This document shows positions 11,283 to 25,336 of a stretch of DNA of 64,000 nucleotides, one piece after another. Made by a program: the position numbers and the translations under genes. The number at the start of each line of letters is the position of its first letter. Positions within the stretch are counted from its first letter, which is position 1. Source of the DNA: Octopus vulgaris. Its lineage: Eukaryota. The stretch covers positions 17,918,001 to 17,982,000 of the forward strand of contig OX597816.1 of the NCBI GenBank assembly GCA_951406725.2. The letters are read 5' to 3'. The notes below the pieces were generated by a model that did not search any database, had not been told where the DNA came from, and was given only the letters and a program-made list of their open reading frames with translations.

Positions 11283-11863
11283 ATCTTTTTTACTCTAAGC
11301 ACAAGGTCCGAAATTTTGGGGGAGGAGGCCAGTCGATTAGATCGACCTCAGCACCCAACTGGTATTTAATTTATCGATCCCAAAAGGATGAAAGGCAAAG
11401 TCGGCCTCGGCGGAATTTGATCTCAGAACGCAAAGACAGACGAAATACCTATTTCTTTACTACCCACATCGGGCTAAGCACAGAGAGGACAAACATGGAC
11501 AGCCAAATGGATTAAGTCGATTATATCGACTCCAGTGCGTAATTGGTTCTTATTTAATCGACCCCGAAATGATGAAAGGCAAAGTCGACCTCGGCGGAAT
11601 TTGAACTTAGAACGTAATGGCAGACGAAAGACCTATTTCCTTACTGCCCACAAGGGGCTACACACAGAGAGGACAAACAAGAACAGACAAAAGGATTAAG
11701 TCGATTACATCGACCCCAGTGCGTAACTGGTACTTAATTTATCGACCCCGAAAGGATGAAAGGCAAAGTCGACCTCGGCGGAATTTGAACTCAGAACGTA
11801 ACGGCAGCCGAAATACCGCAAAGCATTTCGCCCGGCGTGCTAAATTTTTTCCATCTCGCCGTC
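11283..11863 (-). mobile_element. SINE group B, tandem trimer
   Basis: Three units containing gatgaaaggcaaagtcgacctcggcggaatttgaactcagaacg, with the head only in the last unit. The central segment resembles the metazoan Meta-SINE domain (from memory). Confidence 0.88.
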
Positions 11864-12045
11864 TTTGTTGCGCCTGTATATACACACGCGATGGGCTTCT
11901 TCAATGTTTCTCTGAAGCAAATAAAGGTTCAAGGAATTGATCGTTTAAAGTCTATAGTATGTGACGATGACGCTAAATTTCATTATCAACAATATCAACA
12001 TTATCAACATTATCAACAATACCGAGAGAAGGAAATATGATATTG

Positions 12046-12185
12046 TGGTCGACTTTGTCTTGCATCCTTTCGGGTTCGATAAATTAAGTACCAGTTTCGC
12101 ACTGGGGTCGATATAATCGACTTAATCCTTTGTCTGACCCTGTTTGTCCTTTCTGTGTGTAGCCCCTTGTGGGTTGTAAAGAAAT
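12046..12185 (+). mobile_element. SINE group B fragment
   Basis: ggtcgactttg...gataaattaagtaccagt...gccccttgtggg. Confidence 0.8.
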
Positions 12186-12864
12186 ACATGACGCTAGGCG
12201 CCGCTCAGTGGGAGTGAAACGGAAACCACGTAGTTACTAATCTCTCTTCTTTAGCACGTAGCCATGCCCCCGAGGAAAAGAAAAAAATTATGAACTGACC
12301 CTTAGCAAATTCCAGTTGAATTATATAGAAAAATACTTGTAAAACTTATTCATACTACGTTTGATAGATCTTCACGGATGAAGAACATCGACATAATCTT
12401 CGCTTAATAACAGGTTACATAATACAACACAACAGTATTAGAGATATTTTCTTTATTTTATTTCATTTGGAAAATTATAATCCGCCTTACCGAAATACGA
12501 AATATGAAACAGGAAAAAGATAGTCTCCATCGAGATTTAACCAGCAGCAATTTTTAAAATAAAACGCAACTAAAACGATATAAATTAAATATATATAAAA
12601 TAATATGAACATAATAGGAAAACGAGACAAATTTTCTGCAACAGAAGAGAAAGTGATAACAAAAATTTGCCTTGATTATGAATCAAATATTGCAGCTGTA
12701 TGTATTTCATTTGCCATGCAAAGTTTCCATTACTAAGTCTGAGATATCTCTACAGTTGATCTGCGGTATTTCAAGTTGTTGTTATTTGTGTTAACAAATT
12801 TTTTGCTTACCACAATAAACTGTGAGTGAAAAAAAAAAAGAAATATTGTGAAAAGATTATGTAA

Positions 12865-13024
12865 CTATATATATATATGTATATATGTATATATGTATAT
12901 ATATATATATATATATATGTATACATATATATATATATATATATATAAATTATAGAATTATGGTAAGAAATTTGCATAACTTCAAGTATTTGTGTGTTCT
13001 TATGTAAATATGTATATGCATGAA

Positions 13025-13081
<57 letters not shown>

Positions 13082-13468
13082 GCAATTTGCAGATACATGT
13101 ATGTATATATATACACTTGCATCCATATCCATTAATGTGAAGAGAGAAAGAGACATATGTACACACACATAATTTATAACATATAGCCATAAATGGACAT
13201 ATGTACAAATAGTCAAAATAAATATATATATATATGTGTGTGTATAATATTTATATGTATATGTATATATATATATGTGTGTTCTATACACACACACATG
13301 ACCACACATATACATACACTCAAGCATACACGAAGCTGTCACACTGTAGCATGCACACATATATTATTTTGCATTGCAAATATAATATGCACACATTATT
13401 GAATGTTAAAGTATGTATTTACGTGAACATACTTGTAACATATATATGTACATATGTGCTTTCCTGTA

Positions 13469-13506
<38 letters not shown>

Positions 13507-13620
13507 CCTTCATACATACATACATACATACATACATGCATGCATATATACATATATATATGAATATATATACATATATATATATATATAAATATATGTA
13601 CATATATATATATATATACA

Positions 13621-13666
<46 letters not shown>

Positions 13667-14072
13667 ACATACACACACACTCATACATACATGCATATTC
13701 ATTCATATATATATACATATATACATATGCATGTATGTATTTGTGTCTATGTGTAATAAGCACAGCAATTATCTCCTGCTTGTTATTGTAGCTTATCGTA
13801 TGGCTGGAGGTTTTCACTCTCAATTTCTTGTACATTATCAACAATACTGAGAGAAGGAAATATGATATTACCATATTTCTTCCAGCACAACGCAGGAAAT
13901 TAATCAAATAGAATCTCCATTTTTTTTACTTTTATCAATTTTCTTTGAGATAATGGCGGATTTTTTTCTCGAGAAAAAAAAAAAATTTTTTTTGCTCTAT
14001 TATATGTTATACTTTCTCGTTCACTTTATTTCGTTTTTCGTATTTATGCTTATTGCAATTTAGTTTTCTCTG

Positions 14073-14139
<67 letters not shown>

Positions 14140-14141
14140 TG

Positions 14142-14200
<59 letters not shown>

Positions 14201-14373
14201 GCGTGAGTGTTTGTTTTCGTTTATGTGGGTATTCTAAAGTAGGTCTACTTTTCTGATTAACTATGAAGGCAATTTTCTGTGCTCCCAAAAAATAAATATC
14301 AATTTCTAAAGCGACTAATAAATTGGTAATATTTATAAGTAAATTTACATTGTGTTTTTGTAATATTTCTACT

Positions 14374-14421
<48 letters not shown>

Positions 14422-14764
14422 AATATATATATATATACATACATACATACATACATATACATATATACATATACACACATATAAATATATATACATATAT
14501 ATACATATATGTAATGTATTATTTACAAATATATATAAATATGAATACATATATATATATATATACGCACAGATATATACATACATACATACATACAAAC
14601 ATACATATATATATATATATATATACACAAATATATATATATAATATATTATTTACAAATATATATAGATATGAATATATATACATATATACACTGCCTA
14701 TAAATATGTGTTGGGACATTTACATATATATTCAAGTATGTATAATTACGTTTGAGTTTACGCA

Positions 14765-14819
<55 letters not shown>

Positions 14820-14868
14820 TTTTTTTCGAAAGAATTTCTCCTATATTAGATATATATATATACATACA

Positions 14869-14900
<32 letters not shown>

Positions 14901-14935
14901 AATAAATATATATATATATAATATATATATACATA
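12865..14935. repeat. Compound TA/TACA/CA/TC microsatellite field
   Basis: Direct reading. It accounts for the YI/MYVC ORFs. Confidence 0.9.
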
Positions 14936-16421
14936 CGCATTCGCTCCGATGTTTGTATTATGCCTGTCAGCATTACATCAGCAGTTTGATCGCTATCAAT
15001 TTATAGATGTTTCATTAATATTAAGTGCCGCAATCAGATTGTTGGTGGTAGTCATGTGGCCTACTGTTTCTAGATTAGCAGAAGCACATCCGGATATGTT
15101 GTAATCATGCGGAGTTTCTAAGAGTAACGGTTGGTATGGGAATGAATCGATAGTGGAACCTGTAAGATGCTGGAGAGAATTATGCAACATAGGACATCTA
15201 AAGGTCCTTGATAAATATTGCCCTATCGGACTAGGTAAACCAAAAAATCGATAGGCTGGACAAGGCCACCTTCCTTTGGATTTTAATTCCATGTGATCGT
15301 TGCTTAATGTAAAATTGCTACAAAATTGATTTCCAGCTTAGGCACAAGGACACAATTTTTTCTCTCACTCTTTTAATGTTTCTTAGACTAGTAGGAGCGA
15401 ATGATGTCGGCATTCTCAAGCTCTAGAGTTCGATAGTGTTATTTCAGGAGAAGGGGCCAGCTGCGTAAAGGCGCTAAAGGAAAATGAGGTGAAGTTTTAC
15501 CAGGTGAAAGTGTTAGTACAACATTCAAATAACTGCTTGTAGGGTTTGAGATGAAAACAAAACGCAAGAGGGAACTCCCAAATTCTGCAAAATATTTTGT
15601 CACTTAGATATCTTGGCAGAGAACATGGTAGATTCAATGAACTTCTGTATTTGATTTGAGCCTTTTCTTTATCGACCTTGAATGAATAAAAGTAAAAATG
15701 ACATCGGTTATATTTGAACTTAGAAGAAATACTAGGATTCCATCATTTCTGAGTCATTACAATCCTGTAAATTGCTGAAGAGGCTTTCACTAAGGTTATA
15801 ATTAATAATTATTTCTACTTGCTAAAGAAATAAATCTCATTAATACATTTTCCCCGTCTGTTTTTGCTCCATCTAACCAAAAACGTCATTGGTGCTTTTG
15901 GAGATCTGATCTATCTATCTGTCGAGGGAACGTCCCCGGTTCTCTGACCTGGCATGATTCTCTCCAGACCAAATTTAGAGAAACCACAATCTGGTTGTTT
16001 GTTGAAGCTAACCCGTTTGAGAGAACTGCTTCAAAATTTACTAAAAATTTTTTATACTTATGTCGTCATTTCTTGTAGATTTAGTACTTTAAATTTGTCG
16101 ACTAGGTGTTTACCAATAATAAATCTCATAATATGATATCTTTTTAGGATAAATGATACAATGTAGTTAACAGCTTCCTACAGGGACAATACAAATACTA
16201 TAGATTTGAATTATTTCTTAAATTAGTATTCGATATTTTTTCAAAAGCTGCTCCATTTCAGAATAATTCTCCCATGCTAATGCGTTTATTTGGTTAATGG
16301 TATTCGTGTGATTATTTGGAGAAGACAGTGTTGTCCAATACTAGAAAGGAGAAATTTCTGGAAAGTTTTGCTAAGGGAAAGGAGAATTCAATAAGCTGAA
16401 CTGATTGTATAGAATTTATTA

Positions 16422-16721
16422 AAACGATAAACGTCACCCTTTTTAAGCCTAGCCAGGCTCATGGGGCCGGTTTCCCGGTTTCTGTGGCGTATGTGTTCCC
16501 TCCAGTCTATCGCAGCGTTACTCAAAAAACAGTAAGAGAGAGTGAGAGAAAGTTGTGGCGAAAAAGTACAACAGGGCTCGCCACCACCCCCTGTCGGAGC
16601 CTCATGGAGCTTTTAGGTGTTTTCGCTCAATAAACACAAACAACTCCCGGTCTGAGAATCGAAACCGCGATCCTCCGACCACGAGTCCGCTGCCCTAACC
16701 ACTGGGCCATTGCGCCTCCAC
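16422..16721 (-). mobile_element. SINE group C (second tail type)
   Basis: 13-bp TSD atagaatttatta at 16409-16421/16722-16734. Confidence 0.9.
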
Positions 16722-17535
16722 ATAGAATTTATTACTTTCTATTAATCTTACAACCTGAAATGCAAAAGTAAAAATTGACCGATGAAGATAGTCAGAAAAT
16801 TCAGTATTTTACTTCAGATGAAGTAGCTTCGTTTATTTTTTCTCAACAAGAGCCTCTTTCTTTTTAACTGGTCGTATATTTTAGGGAAACATAATAACGT
16901 TTGGAAGAACGAAATATTAGACCGCTAACTGTTCATCGAATCTAATAGACAAAACCATGCTAAGTAAGATTTGGAGCCGAATTTCAAAGAATACTATAAA
17001 AAATTTAGTCGGATATTCCATCAATTTTATTTCGCTATCGCCATGTGTCTCGGTATATAATTACAATGCTGGCATTCGCTATAGATTCACAGGACATGAT
17101 AAGCTGACACTACATAGCTTGTCTGTTACTATATAGCTGTATGAAAATTGAATTAATATTTAATATTTAACTGACTAAATAAGCTTAATTTTTGTTTATA
17201 TCGAGTTTGATAAGAAATTTTGATTTCAATATCTTTCATATTTATGTAGCATTTACTGGACAATATCGTTCTTGGTTGCATGTTTCAAATGTTCTATCTC
17301 TCTCTGACGGCTTAAGTAACGTAGGAGTTTCTGTAACTCAAAACAGAACAAATATCGTAGAGGTCCTCGCTTAAACCATGTTTATTTCGATTCTGTCGTA
17401 GATATTAACATTCTTACGCAATATAGATCAGTTAAATACATACGTACATACACACATATACACACATACATACATACATACATACATACATACATACATA
17501 CATACATACATACATACATACACACTTATATACAT

Positions 17536-17792
17536 AATAAATAAATGCGCCCTTTTAAAGCTTAGCCAGGCTCATGGGCCCGGTTTCGCGGTTTCTATGG
17601 CGTATGTGTTCCCCAGCTGGACGGGACGCCATTCCATCGTAGCGTTACTCATTTTTGCCAGCTGAGTGGACTGGAGTAACGTGAAATGAAGTGTTTTGCT
17701 CAAGAACACAACGTGTCGCCCGGTCCTGGACTCAAAACCACAATCTTACGATCATGATGCTGACACCCTAACCACTAAGCCACGCGCCTCCA
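17536..17792 (-). mobile_element. SINE group D within (TACA)n/(TGCA)n
   Basis: Head ggaggcgcgtggcttagtggttagg, body ttgtgttcttgagcaaaacacttcatttcacg, tail gagcctggctaagctttaaaagggcgca. Confidence 0.88.
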
Positions 17793-17916
17793 TGCATGCA
17801 TACATGCATACATACATACATACATACATACATACATACATACATGCATGCATGCATGCATGCATGCATGCATGCATGCATGCATGCATACATACATACA
17901 TACATACATACATAAA

Positions 17917-17948
<32 letters not shown>

Positions 17949-18016
17949 AATATACACAGCGGGCTTCCTGAAATTTATGTCCATCAAATTCAACTTATAC
18001 TATAACGGTCAGTTCA

Positions 18017-18225
18017 ACGCGGCGAGCTGGCAGAATCGTTAACATGCCAGGCAAAATACTGAGCGCCATTTCGTCCGTCCTTACATTCTGAGGAAAAATT
18101 CCGCCGAGGTCGACCTTACCCTTGATCCTTTAGGGGTCGATAAAATAAGGCTTATCACTGGAGTCGATGTAATTGACTTACATCCAGACCCGAAATTGCT
18201 GGCCTGGTGACAAAATTTGAAAATA
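18017..18225 (+). mobile_element. SINE group B (diverged)
   Basis: gcggcgagctggcagaatcgtt...ccgccgaggtcgacc. Confidence 0.75.
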
Positions 18226-18250
18226 ATATAATGGTTAAGTAGAGCTTATA

Positions 18251-18557
18251 GTGTTGATGTGCAATGGCCCAGTGTTTAGAGCAGCGGACTCGCAGTCGGA
18301 GGATCACGGTTTCGATTCCCAGACCGGGCGTTATGTGTGTTCATTGAGTGAAAACACCTAAAGCTCCACGAAGCTTCGGCAGGGGGTGGTGGCGACCCCT
18401 GTTGCACTCTTTCGCCCCAACTTTCTCTCACTCTCTCTTCCTGTTCTTGAGTAACGCTGCAAGAGACTGGCTGGGGTGGGAAAACACGTACGCCACAGAA
18501 ACCGGGTAAACGGGCCCATGAGCCTGGCTAGGCTTGAAAAGGGCGAAAGAAGAAGAG
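18251..18557 (+). mobile_element. SINE group C
   Basis: caatggcccagtgtttagagcagcggactcgc head and ggcccatgagcctggctaggc tail. Confidence 0.85.
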
Positions 18558-18799
18558 GTTATAGTAGAAAGCCAGTGTCCATTGTGCGGCAGGTAGCTTT
18601 TGTTGCTCTTGGTGTTAAATGCAGCGTGATTTGGGGTGTCTGAAGAAAGCTGTGATCAAAGGCGGCTAACAGTAAGGACCACAACAACCTTTTCTCTGTC
18701 ATTGTGCTTCCATGTCTATATTTCGAGAACCAATAGTATAATTGAGTTGGCTGTTATGTATTTCAGAGTGAGCCATGACTTAACATCCGCTGTGTAAGC

Positions 18800-19090
18800 T
18801 CATTGACTCTTTGGCTAGTAGGACCTTTGCTCTCATTTGCTCGTTTTCTCATCGGCTCCTTCATTCGCTCCTTCCACTCTTTGCTTTATTCCTCTCGTAG
18901 GCTCGTTCACTCTTTGCTTCTTTCGTTAATTGTTATTTTCCCTTTCTACCTTTTTCACTCGTTGGCTCGTTCGATCATTGACTCGTTTGTTCACGGACTC
19001 ATTCTTATCATTGGCTCGTTCGCTCGCTGAGTCTCTAATTCCTTGCCTCCTCTACTCGCTGAACTGTCCTCTCGCTGCCCCGTTCACTCT
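18800..19090. repeat. Degenerate (TCGC/TCAC/TCAT)n low-complexity tract
   Basis: Repeating tcgc/tcac/tcgt units. Confidence 0.65.
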
Positions 19091-19091
19091 T

Positions 19092-19273
19092 AGAAACGTT
19101 AGCATACCGGGCGAAATGCTTAGCGGTATTTCGTTTGTCTTTACGTTCCGATTTCAAATTCCGCCGAGGTCGACTTTCAGGGTCGATAAATGAAGTACTA
19201 GTTGCCTACTGGGGTTGATCTAATCGACTGCTCCCCTCCCCAAATTTCCGGACCTTGTGCCTAGAGTAGAGAA
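19092..19273 (+). mobile_element. SINE group B
   Basis: aacgttagcataccgggcgaaatgc...ccttgtgcctagagtag. Confidence 0.8.
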
Positions 19274-20559
19274 GACTTGTTGGTATGCTGACGCGTTCGT
19301 TGGCGATATTCGCTATTTTGTAATTTTTTTCTTTTCTTATCATTACTATTGCGACTACATAGCTGCTTCAAGTTGACCACTTGTATGAAATCAACCTGTA
19401 AAATATTTGTGAGACTTTACAACTCTTTTATCTTATGCAGTCGAAATTAAATCTGAAATCTGAAATCATGGCATTTTCTTTGCTTTACACTTGTATATGA
19501 TGTAAGAGTGTATGTAGTAGAATGTAACAGGTATTTCATTACAAAAGTCAGCTTTCGTTTGATTGTTGTTGACGTCCGAAATAACTTTAGTGGATACAGG
19601 CAACGTTCGAAAGCGAAACTTGATCCTTTGTAGTTTAGAGTGAAGTGTTGGCATGGCTGAATTTAGCACGACGAGTGGTGGCTCAGACCACTTCATATCT
19701 CTTCATCAAACTCTCCTGTGAAGGCAGCAGTAATAAGATATAACTGGTTTATGCTACCATCCTGACGCACGAATCTTTATGTTGCCTACGTAGTTTTATA
19801 TGTCTACGTTCGATAGATTAATGCCTTACCTCAGAAAATAAAATTCGAGGAATATCGAAAACTGCAATATATAAAGCTTTTATTTAAAAAAAAATGTTCT
19901 GCCAGTTTATATATTTTATATATCCTTCACTATGTGTACAAAACAACTGAAATGGATGTTGATAAACATACACTTACAAGCTGAAATAACGAAAAAGAAA
20001 ATTAGAAAAAAATGCAAAAATCATGCTTTCACTATCAAGCCATCAGCTATAGGAAAGACTTTGCTAGAAAATTGGGTTGTTGCGATAATAACGCTATCAA
20101 ATTTGTTGATGCTTTCTGCTATGAGGCGATGCATTTTCGAATCTGCCGCTCTTTCCGTTCAGAATAGGTAGTCGATAATATTTCCCCAAGGTGACATATA
20201 AACATCGAATTTACGAAATGAAGCAGAGCAACTTCCACCGAATTTAACCAGGATTGATTTTGAAATTTAGAGAATCTGGCACAATTCATTCCAAAGGAAA
20301 ACCCATTATCCAACATTTATAAATGATTGTCTTTTGTATTTGTTTTCGCAGGATTTGTTTTGTAGTTTACGTCATTAAACTTGAATCATGTTGTGTTGTA
20401 TACGCAAAGGAAATTGTCTTATTTGCTGCCGAAGTTTACAAGTAAATACTCCTGTTTTGATTACATTTCTTCATAATATAGGGTTCAGATATATAAGAGA
20501 AAGAAAATGATAAATGGTGAGGTTGATGCCGTTCCCAGCAATATAATCGGAGGAAGTAA

Positions 20560-20910
20560 GGTAGTGAGCTTGGTAGAATCGTTAGCACGCCGGGCGAAAT
20601 GCTCAGCGGTATTTCGTCTGCCGTTACGTTCTGAGTTCAAATTCCGCCGAGGTCGACGCACTGGGGTCGATATAATCGACTTAATCCGTCTGTCTGTCCT
20701 TGTTTGTTCTCTCTGTGTTTAGCCCCTTGTGGGTAGTAAAGAAATAGGTATTTCGTCCGGCTTTACACTCGGAGTTCAAATTCAACCGAGGTCGACTTTT
20801 TCTGTCATCCTTTCGGGGTCGATGAAATAAGAACCAGCTGAGTACATGCGTCGATGTAATCGAATTACATCCTCTTCCGGACTGTCTGACCTTGTACCAA
20901 ATTTTGAAAT
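20560..20910 (+). mobile_element. SINE group B dimer
   Basis: The second unit restarts at ggtatttcgtc after gtaaagaaata. Confidence 0.8.
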
Positions 20911-21066
20911 TAATATTATCAGAGGAATTTAAAATAATCTCTAATGGAATTTTTAATATAACTGGTTTTATTACTCGCACTTTTACTTCCTAGCTAACTA
21001 GGGAATCTTTATATGGTACATCGAATTCACAGAAATAACTGCAAAATCTGTCTAAAATATAACATA

Positions 21067-21331
21067 AAAATAAAATAAATAAGTGCGCCTTTTTAAAACC
21101 TAGCCAGGCTCATGAGCCCGGTTTCCCGGTTTCAATGGCGTATGTGTTCCCCAGCTGGACGGCACGCCAGTCCATCGCGGCGTTACTCATTTTTGCCAGC
21201 TGAGTGGACTGGAGCAACGTGAAATGAAGGGCTTTGCTCAAGAATGCAACGCGTCGACCGATCCAGGAATCGAAACCACACTCTTACGATCATGGTGCTG
21301 ACACCTTAACCACTAAGCCGCGCGCTTCCAC
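21067..21331 (-). mobile_element. SINE group D
   Basis: Similar to 17536-17792. Flanking aaaatataa repeat at 21054/21332. Confidence 0.88.
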
Positions 21332-21844
21332 AAAATATAATATACTGTTATAGAAAAGAAAGGTCATTTTGGATGAAGTAATCTAAAACCTTTAGTAACA
21401 CTAAAAAGTTAAATGACATAATGATTACAGTTTAAATATCTTTGGTTATAGTTTTGCTCTTTAAAGGCTGACCTAGGCTAAATAAGAAGAATAACAGAAC
21501 AGCGTAACGGGGGAAGATTCCGAGATAATTGCTTTTGAGTGAAGAGGACAAATCTAATACTTCGACACTTGTGTTTAATTAGTACTTATTTTATCGACCA
21601 CTACGGAATTCCAAATGAGAACATTGTAACACAGAAGAAATGCCTCTAACAATTCTATCCCACGCACTAACTATTCTTCCAGCTCACCACTTTAGGTTAC
21701 TGAATAACAGAATTTAGTATAGAAATATCTTAAGTGTTTACGAGGCATTTAAAGTCTTATTGTATCTAAGCATTCTGAAATAATTTGGTAGAATTGTTCC
21801 TGCTTATTTGGTCCAATATGTGAAATGTTAATTCTTTTAATACT

Positions 21845-22062
21845 TTATTCTTTTATTCTTTTACTTGTTTCAGTCGTTTTTACTGTGACCATGCTGGAGC
21901 AGCGCCTTTTAGTCGATCAACTCGAGTCCAGGAATTAACTGTTTTTTAAAGCTTGGTATTTATTCTATCGATCTCATATACTGAAGCGCTAAGTTACGGG
22001 GAAGTAAAAACACCAACACCGGTTGTGAAATGGTGGCGGTGTACAAACACACAAGCACCCCC

Positions 22063-22097
<35 letters not shown>

Positions 22098-22258
22098 CGA
22101 TGGGCTTCTTTCATTTCCTGTCTACCAAATCCCTTCACAGAGCTTTGGTCGGCCTGCGGCTGTAGTAGAAGATACTTGTCCAAGGTGTCAAGCAGTGAGA
22201 CTGAACCCGGAACGATGTGGTTGGCAAACAAGCTTCTTAATACACAGCCACTTCTATG
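21845..22258 (-). mobile_element. SINE group A (diverged)
   Basis: Group A head, body and tail. Confidence 0.82.
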
Positions 22259-23378
22259 TATATGTATATGCTTTCCCCGTACATTTCATCATTATGGTTA
22301 CTTGCATCATCTGTAGTGTGTGTTCAAAATGAAGCTGAATGCCTTGTTGAACTGTTTAGTTCGGCATATAGTTGCCCTTGAAATCTCACTGCCGAATATG
22401 CAAGTATCCACAACGGTGAAACATACGTAAGGAGCAAATGATTTTAGCTGCATCCCTTGTTTATCATGCTTTTTTTTTTTCTATATTTGTACTCCATATG
22501 ATAACCGGGTGTCTCGTACTACTAATTACATAAGTACACACACCAATTTACTGAAGTAGACTGAATGATTCTCTAAGTGGAACTTTAAATGCACTAGTAG
22601 CAATCGTATATCTAACCGTACACACAAGAAAAACTATATATTTTTCTTCATAACGAGAAACGTTTAGACTATGATATAATTTGTTTTAGAAATTCCGTTA
22701 AGTGTTTATAACACATTTGTAGCCTTATAGCTACTTACTCTAAAACATTTAGAATTTTCCTGCAAACTTAGTTCACCCTGTGTAACTCTTATTCTAAAGA
22801 AACTATATCTTGTTTCATTTACGACGAAAATGTTTGTAGTAAAAATGAATTGACGCCAGGTAAATAACATGCAATCATTTCAAACCAATTGAAGAATTTC
22901 TATTAGAGGGATAAACCTGCTAGAAATAGTAACCACAATCCTTTAGATCACAACCTAATGGCTATAAGAGCAGTAGCAAGATCATATTAGCCAATTTTGT
23001 TAGTAAGATATTTAAAAGTGGACTGGTGGTAGGAGAAATTCCTGATTAACTACGAAAGTCCTGAGCGAAGTTTATTGATAGTTAAACAACAACAACAACA
23101 ACAACAACAATAACAGCTAAAACTATGAATAATTTCATATACACTTGAAAGAGAAAACTGTCATCTTAGTTACACTAGTCATGATGGAGAGGTTTATAAG
23201 AGGGAAATAAATATCGGAGAAATTATGCTTCGCTTAGAAACTGCAGGAGCTACTCAGAGTTATTGCAAGATTTGAATCCTTATCCATTGCAACGTCCGAA
23301 ATTCCTGCTGTATCATCAATCACTTGTGCTCTGCTCCCTGGTCTGTAAGCTTCACTTGGGAAGGGTTGCGAAAATTCC

Positions 23379-23995
23379 ATTCTTTTCTACTCTAGGCACA
23401 AGGCTCAAAATTTGGGGGAGTGAGCCTACCGATTATATCAACGCAACTGGTACTTAATTTCTCGAACCCGCAAGGATGAAAGGCAAAGTCGACTTCGGCA
23501 GAATTTGAACTCAGAACGTAAAGACAGACGAAATACCTATTTCTTTACTACTCGCAAGGGGCTAAACACAGAGAGGATAAACAAGGACAGACAAACGGAT
23601 TAAGTCGATTATATCGACCCCAGTGTGTAGCTGGTACCTAATTTATCGACCCCGAAAGTATGAAAGGCAATTTCGACTTCGATGGGATTTGAACTCAGAA
23701 CGTAGCGGCAGACGAAATACCGCTAAGTATTTCGCCCGGCGTGCTAACGTTTCTGCCAACTTGCCACTTTAGAAGGGCTGCGTGAATTGAACATCTAATG
23801 CTGTTGAGTTACTTTCGGCATTCATATAAGACAGCATAAATATCCTTTCTAATATAGGTACAAGGCCTGAAATTTGGGGGCAGAGCGGGGACTAGTCGAT
23901 TACATCGACCCCAGTGTTTTATTGATACTTAATTTATCAACCCCGAAAAGATGAAAGGCAAGGTTGACCTCGGCGGAATTTGAACCTAGAACGTA
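23379..23995 (-). mobile_element. SINE group B dimer (23379-23767) plus a further fragment (23845-23995)
   Basis: Repeated group B core. Confidence 0.82.
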
Positions 23996-24323
23996 TGCCA
24001 TAAAACTTGACTTGAGTATTATTTCATCGAACTGGAGAATGCGGCCGGCAAAGCTGCCATCGGCAAGAGTTTGAACTTTTGATCTAATGAACCATATTTC
24101 GATATGCAATATACTTTATTCACCGCTCTAATGAACTACTTATCTGCCAGTGCCTTTCGGTAGAATTTGAAAATTTCTACAAACTCATCATCTTATACGA
24201 CTATGCTCTTTATGTGTATAGACATGCATAAATACACACACACACACACGCATGCACACACACACACACACACACACGCATGCACACACACACACGCATG
24301 CCCACACACGTTTTTTATTTGTA

Positions 24324-24994
24324 TACTCTTTTACTCTCTTTACTCTTTTACTTGTTTCAGTCATGTGACTGTGGCCATGCTGGAGCACCGCCTTCAGTCG
24401 AGCAAATCGACCCCAGGATTTATTCTTTGTAAGCCTAGGACTTATTCTAGTAGTCTCTTATGCCGAACCGCTAAGTTACGGTTACGTAAACACACCAGCA
24501 TCGGTTGTCAAGCCATGTTGGGCGGACAAACACAGACACACAAACATATATACACACATACATACATATGTATACATGACCCATTTGAGGTAAGACATTA
24601 TTATTGTTCACTGATATTTTTTCCTATCTTGTCTGTAATAGATTTGTGGTACAGAAGTATTTTTAAATTCTATCATTAGCGATATAGGTACTCATGTAGT
24701 ACCCTTGTGTATATATGTACACATCTAATATTGTATATATATATAATATTAATTTGTTTGTACGGCTGATAATTCACTTACCACTTGTGATAGTATTTTA
24801 ATAATACCATCCCTATATATATATACATATATACGACGTGCTTTCAGTTTCCGTCTGCTAAATCCACTCACAAGGCTTTGGTCAGCCCGAGGCTATAGTA
24901 GAAGACACTTGCCCAAGATGCCACGCAGTGGGTCTGAACCCGGAACCATGTGGTTCGTAAGCAAGCTACTTACCACACAGCCATTACTACGCCT
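24324..24994 (-). mobile_element. SINE group A with an insertion of about 240 bp (24575-24815) in its internal microsatellite
   Basis: The group A halves are separated by unrelated AT-rich sequence flanked by TA repeats. Confidence 0.85.
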
Positions 24995-25336
24995 ATGTAT
25001 GTTTTTTTCTTCTTTGAGTTTATTTAAGTTCTTAACAGAGTTCAAACTTATCGCTGACAAAGCAAGAATTCTTGCATTAAGAAAGTAATCGGTGTTTGAA
25101 AATACGTGGTAGAGTTAATGTGTTGGTTGAGCTGTCGATGCATATACCCAGCTGTGTGCGTTTATTCTTCTGAAGAATCTTAGATGGAAAATCTTTGGAA
25201 TGCTTTACTAATCTTTACTTTGTCTATAATATATTGGATTTGGAGAAGCCAACACAGGTTCCTTTGTTTTAATTCCGAAACCTAGTATTCCTAAGATTTT
25301 GGTGTAAATTTGTATGTACATAGCATAATGCACTTA

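Noticed and set aside
11991-12044. Match of about 35 bp to 13833-13869 (cattatcaacaatac.gagagaaggaaatatgatatt)
   Set aside because: It is a real but tiny local duplication with no interpretable structure.
14996-15292. 98-aa minus-strand ORF in unique sequence
   Set aside because: No recognisable motif, and the length is within chance expectation. A small exon cannot be excluded.
19466-19730. Possible minus-strand acceptor (ccttcacag) followed by GEFDEEI-stop, and a 76-aa ORF
   Set aside because: Too short to support, and no partner exons were identified.
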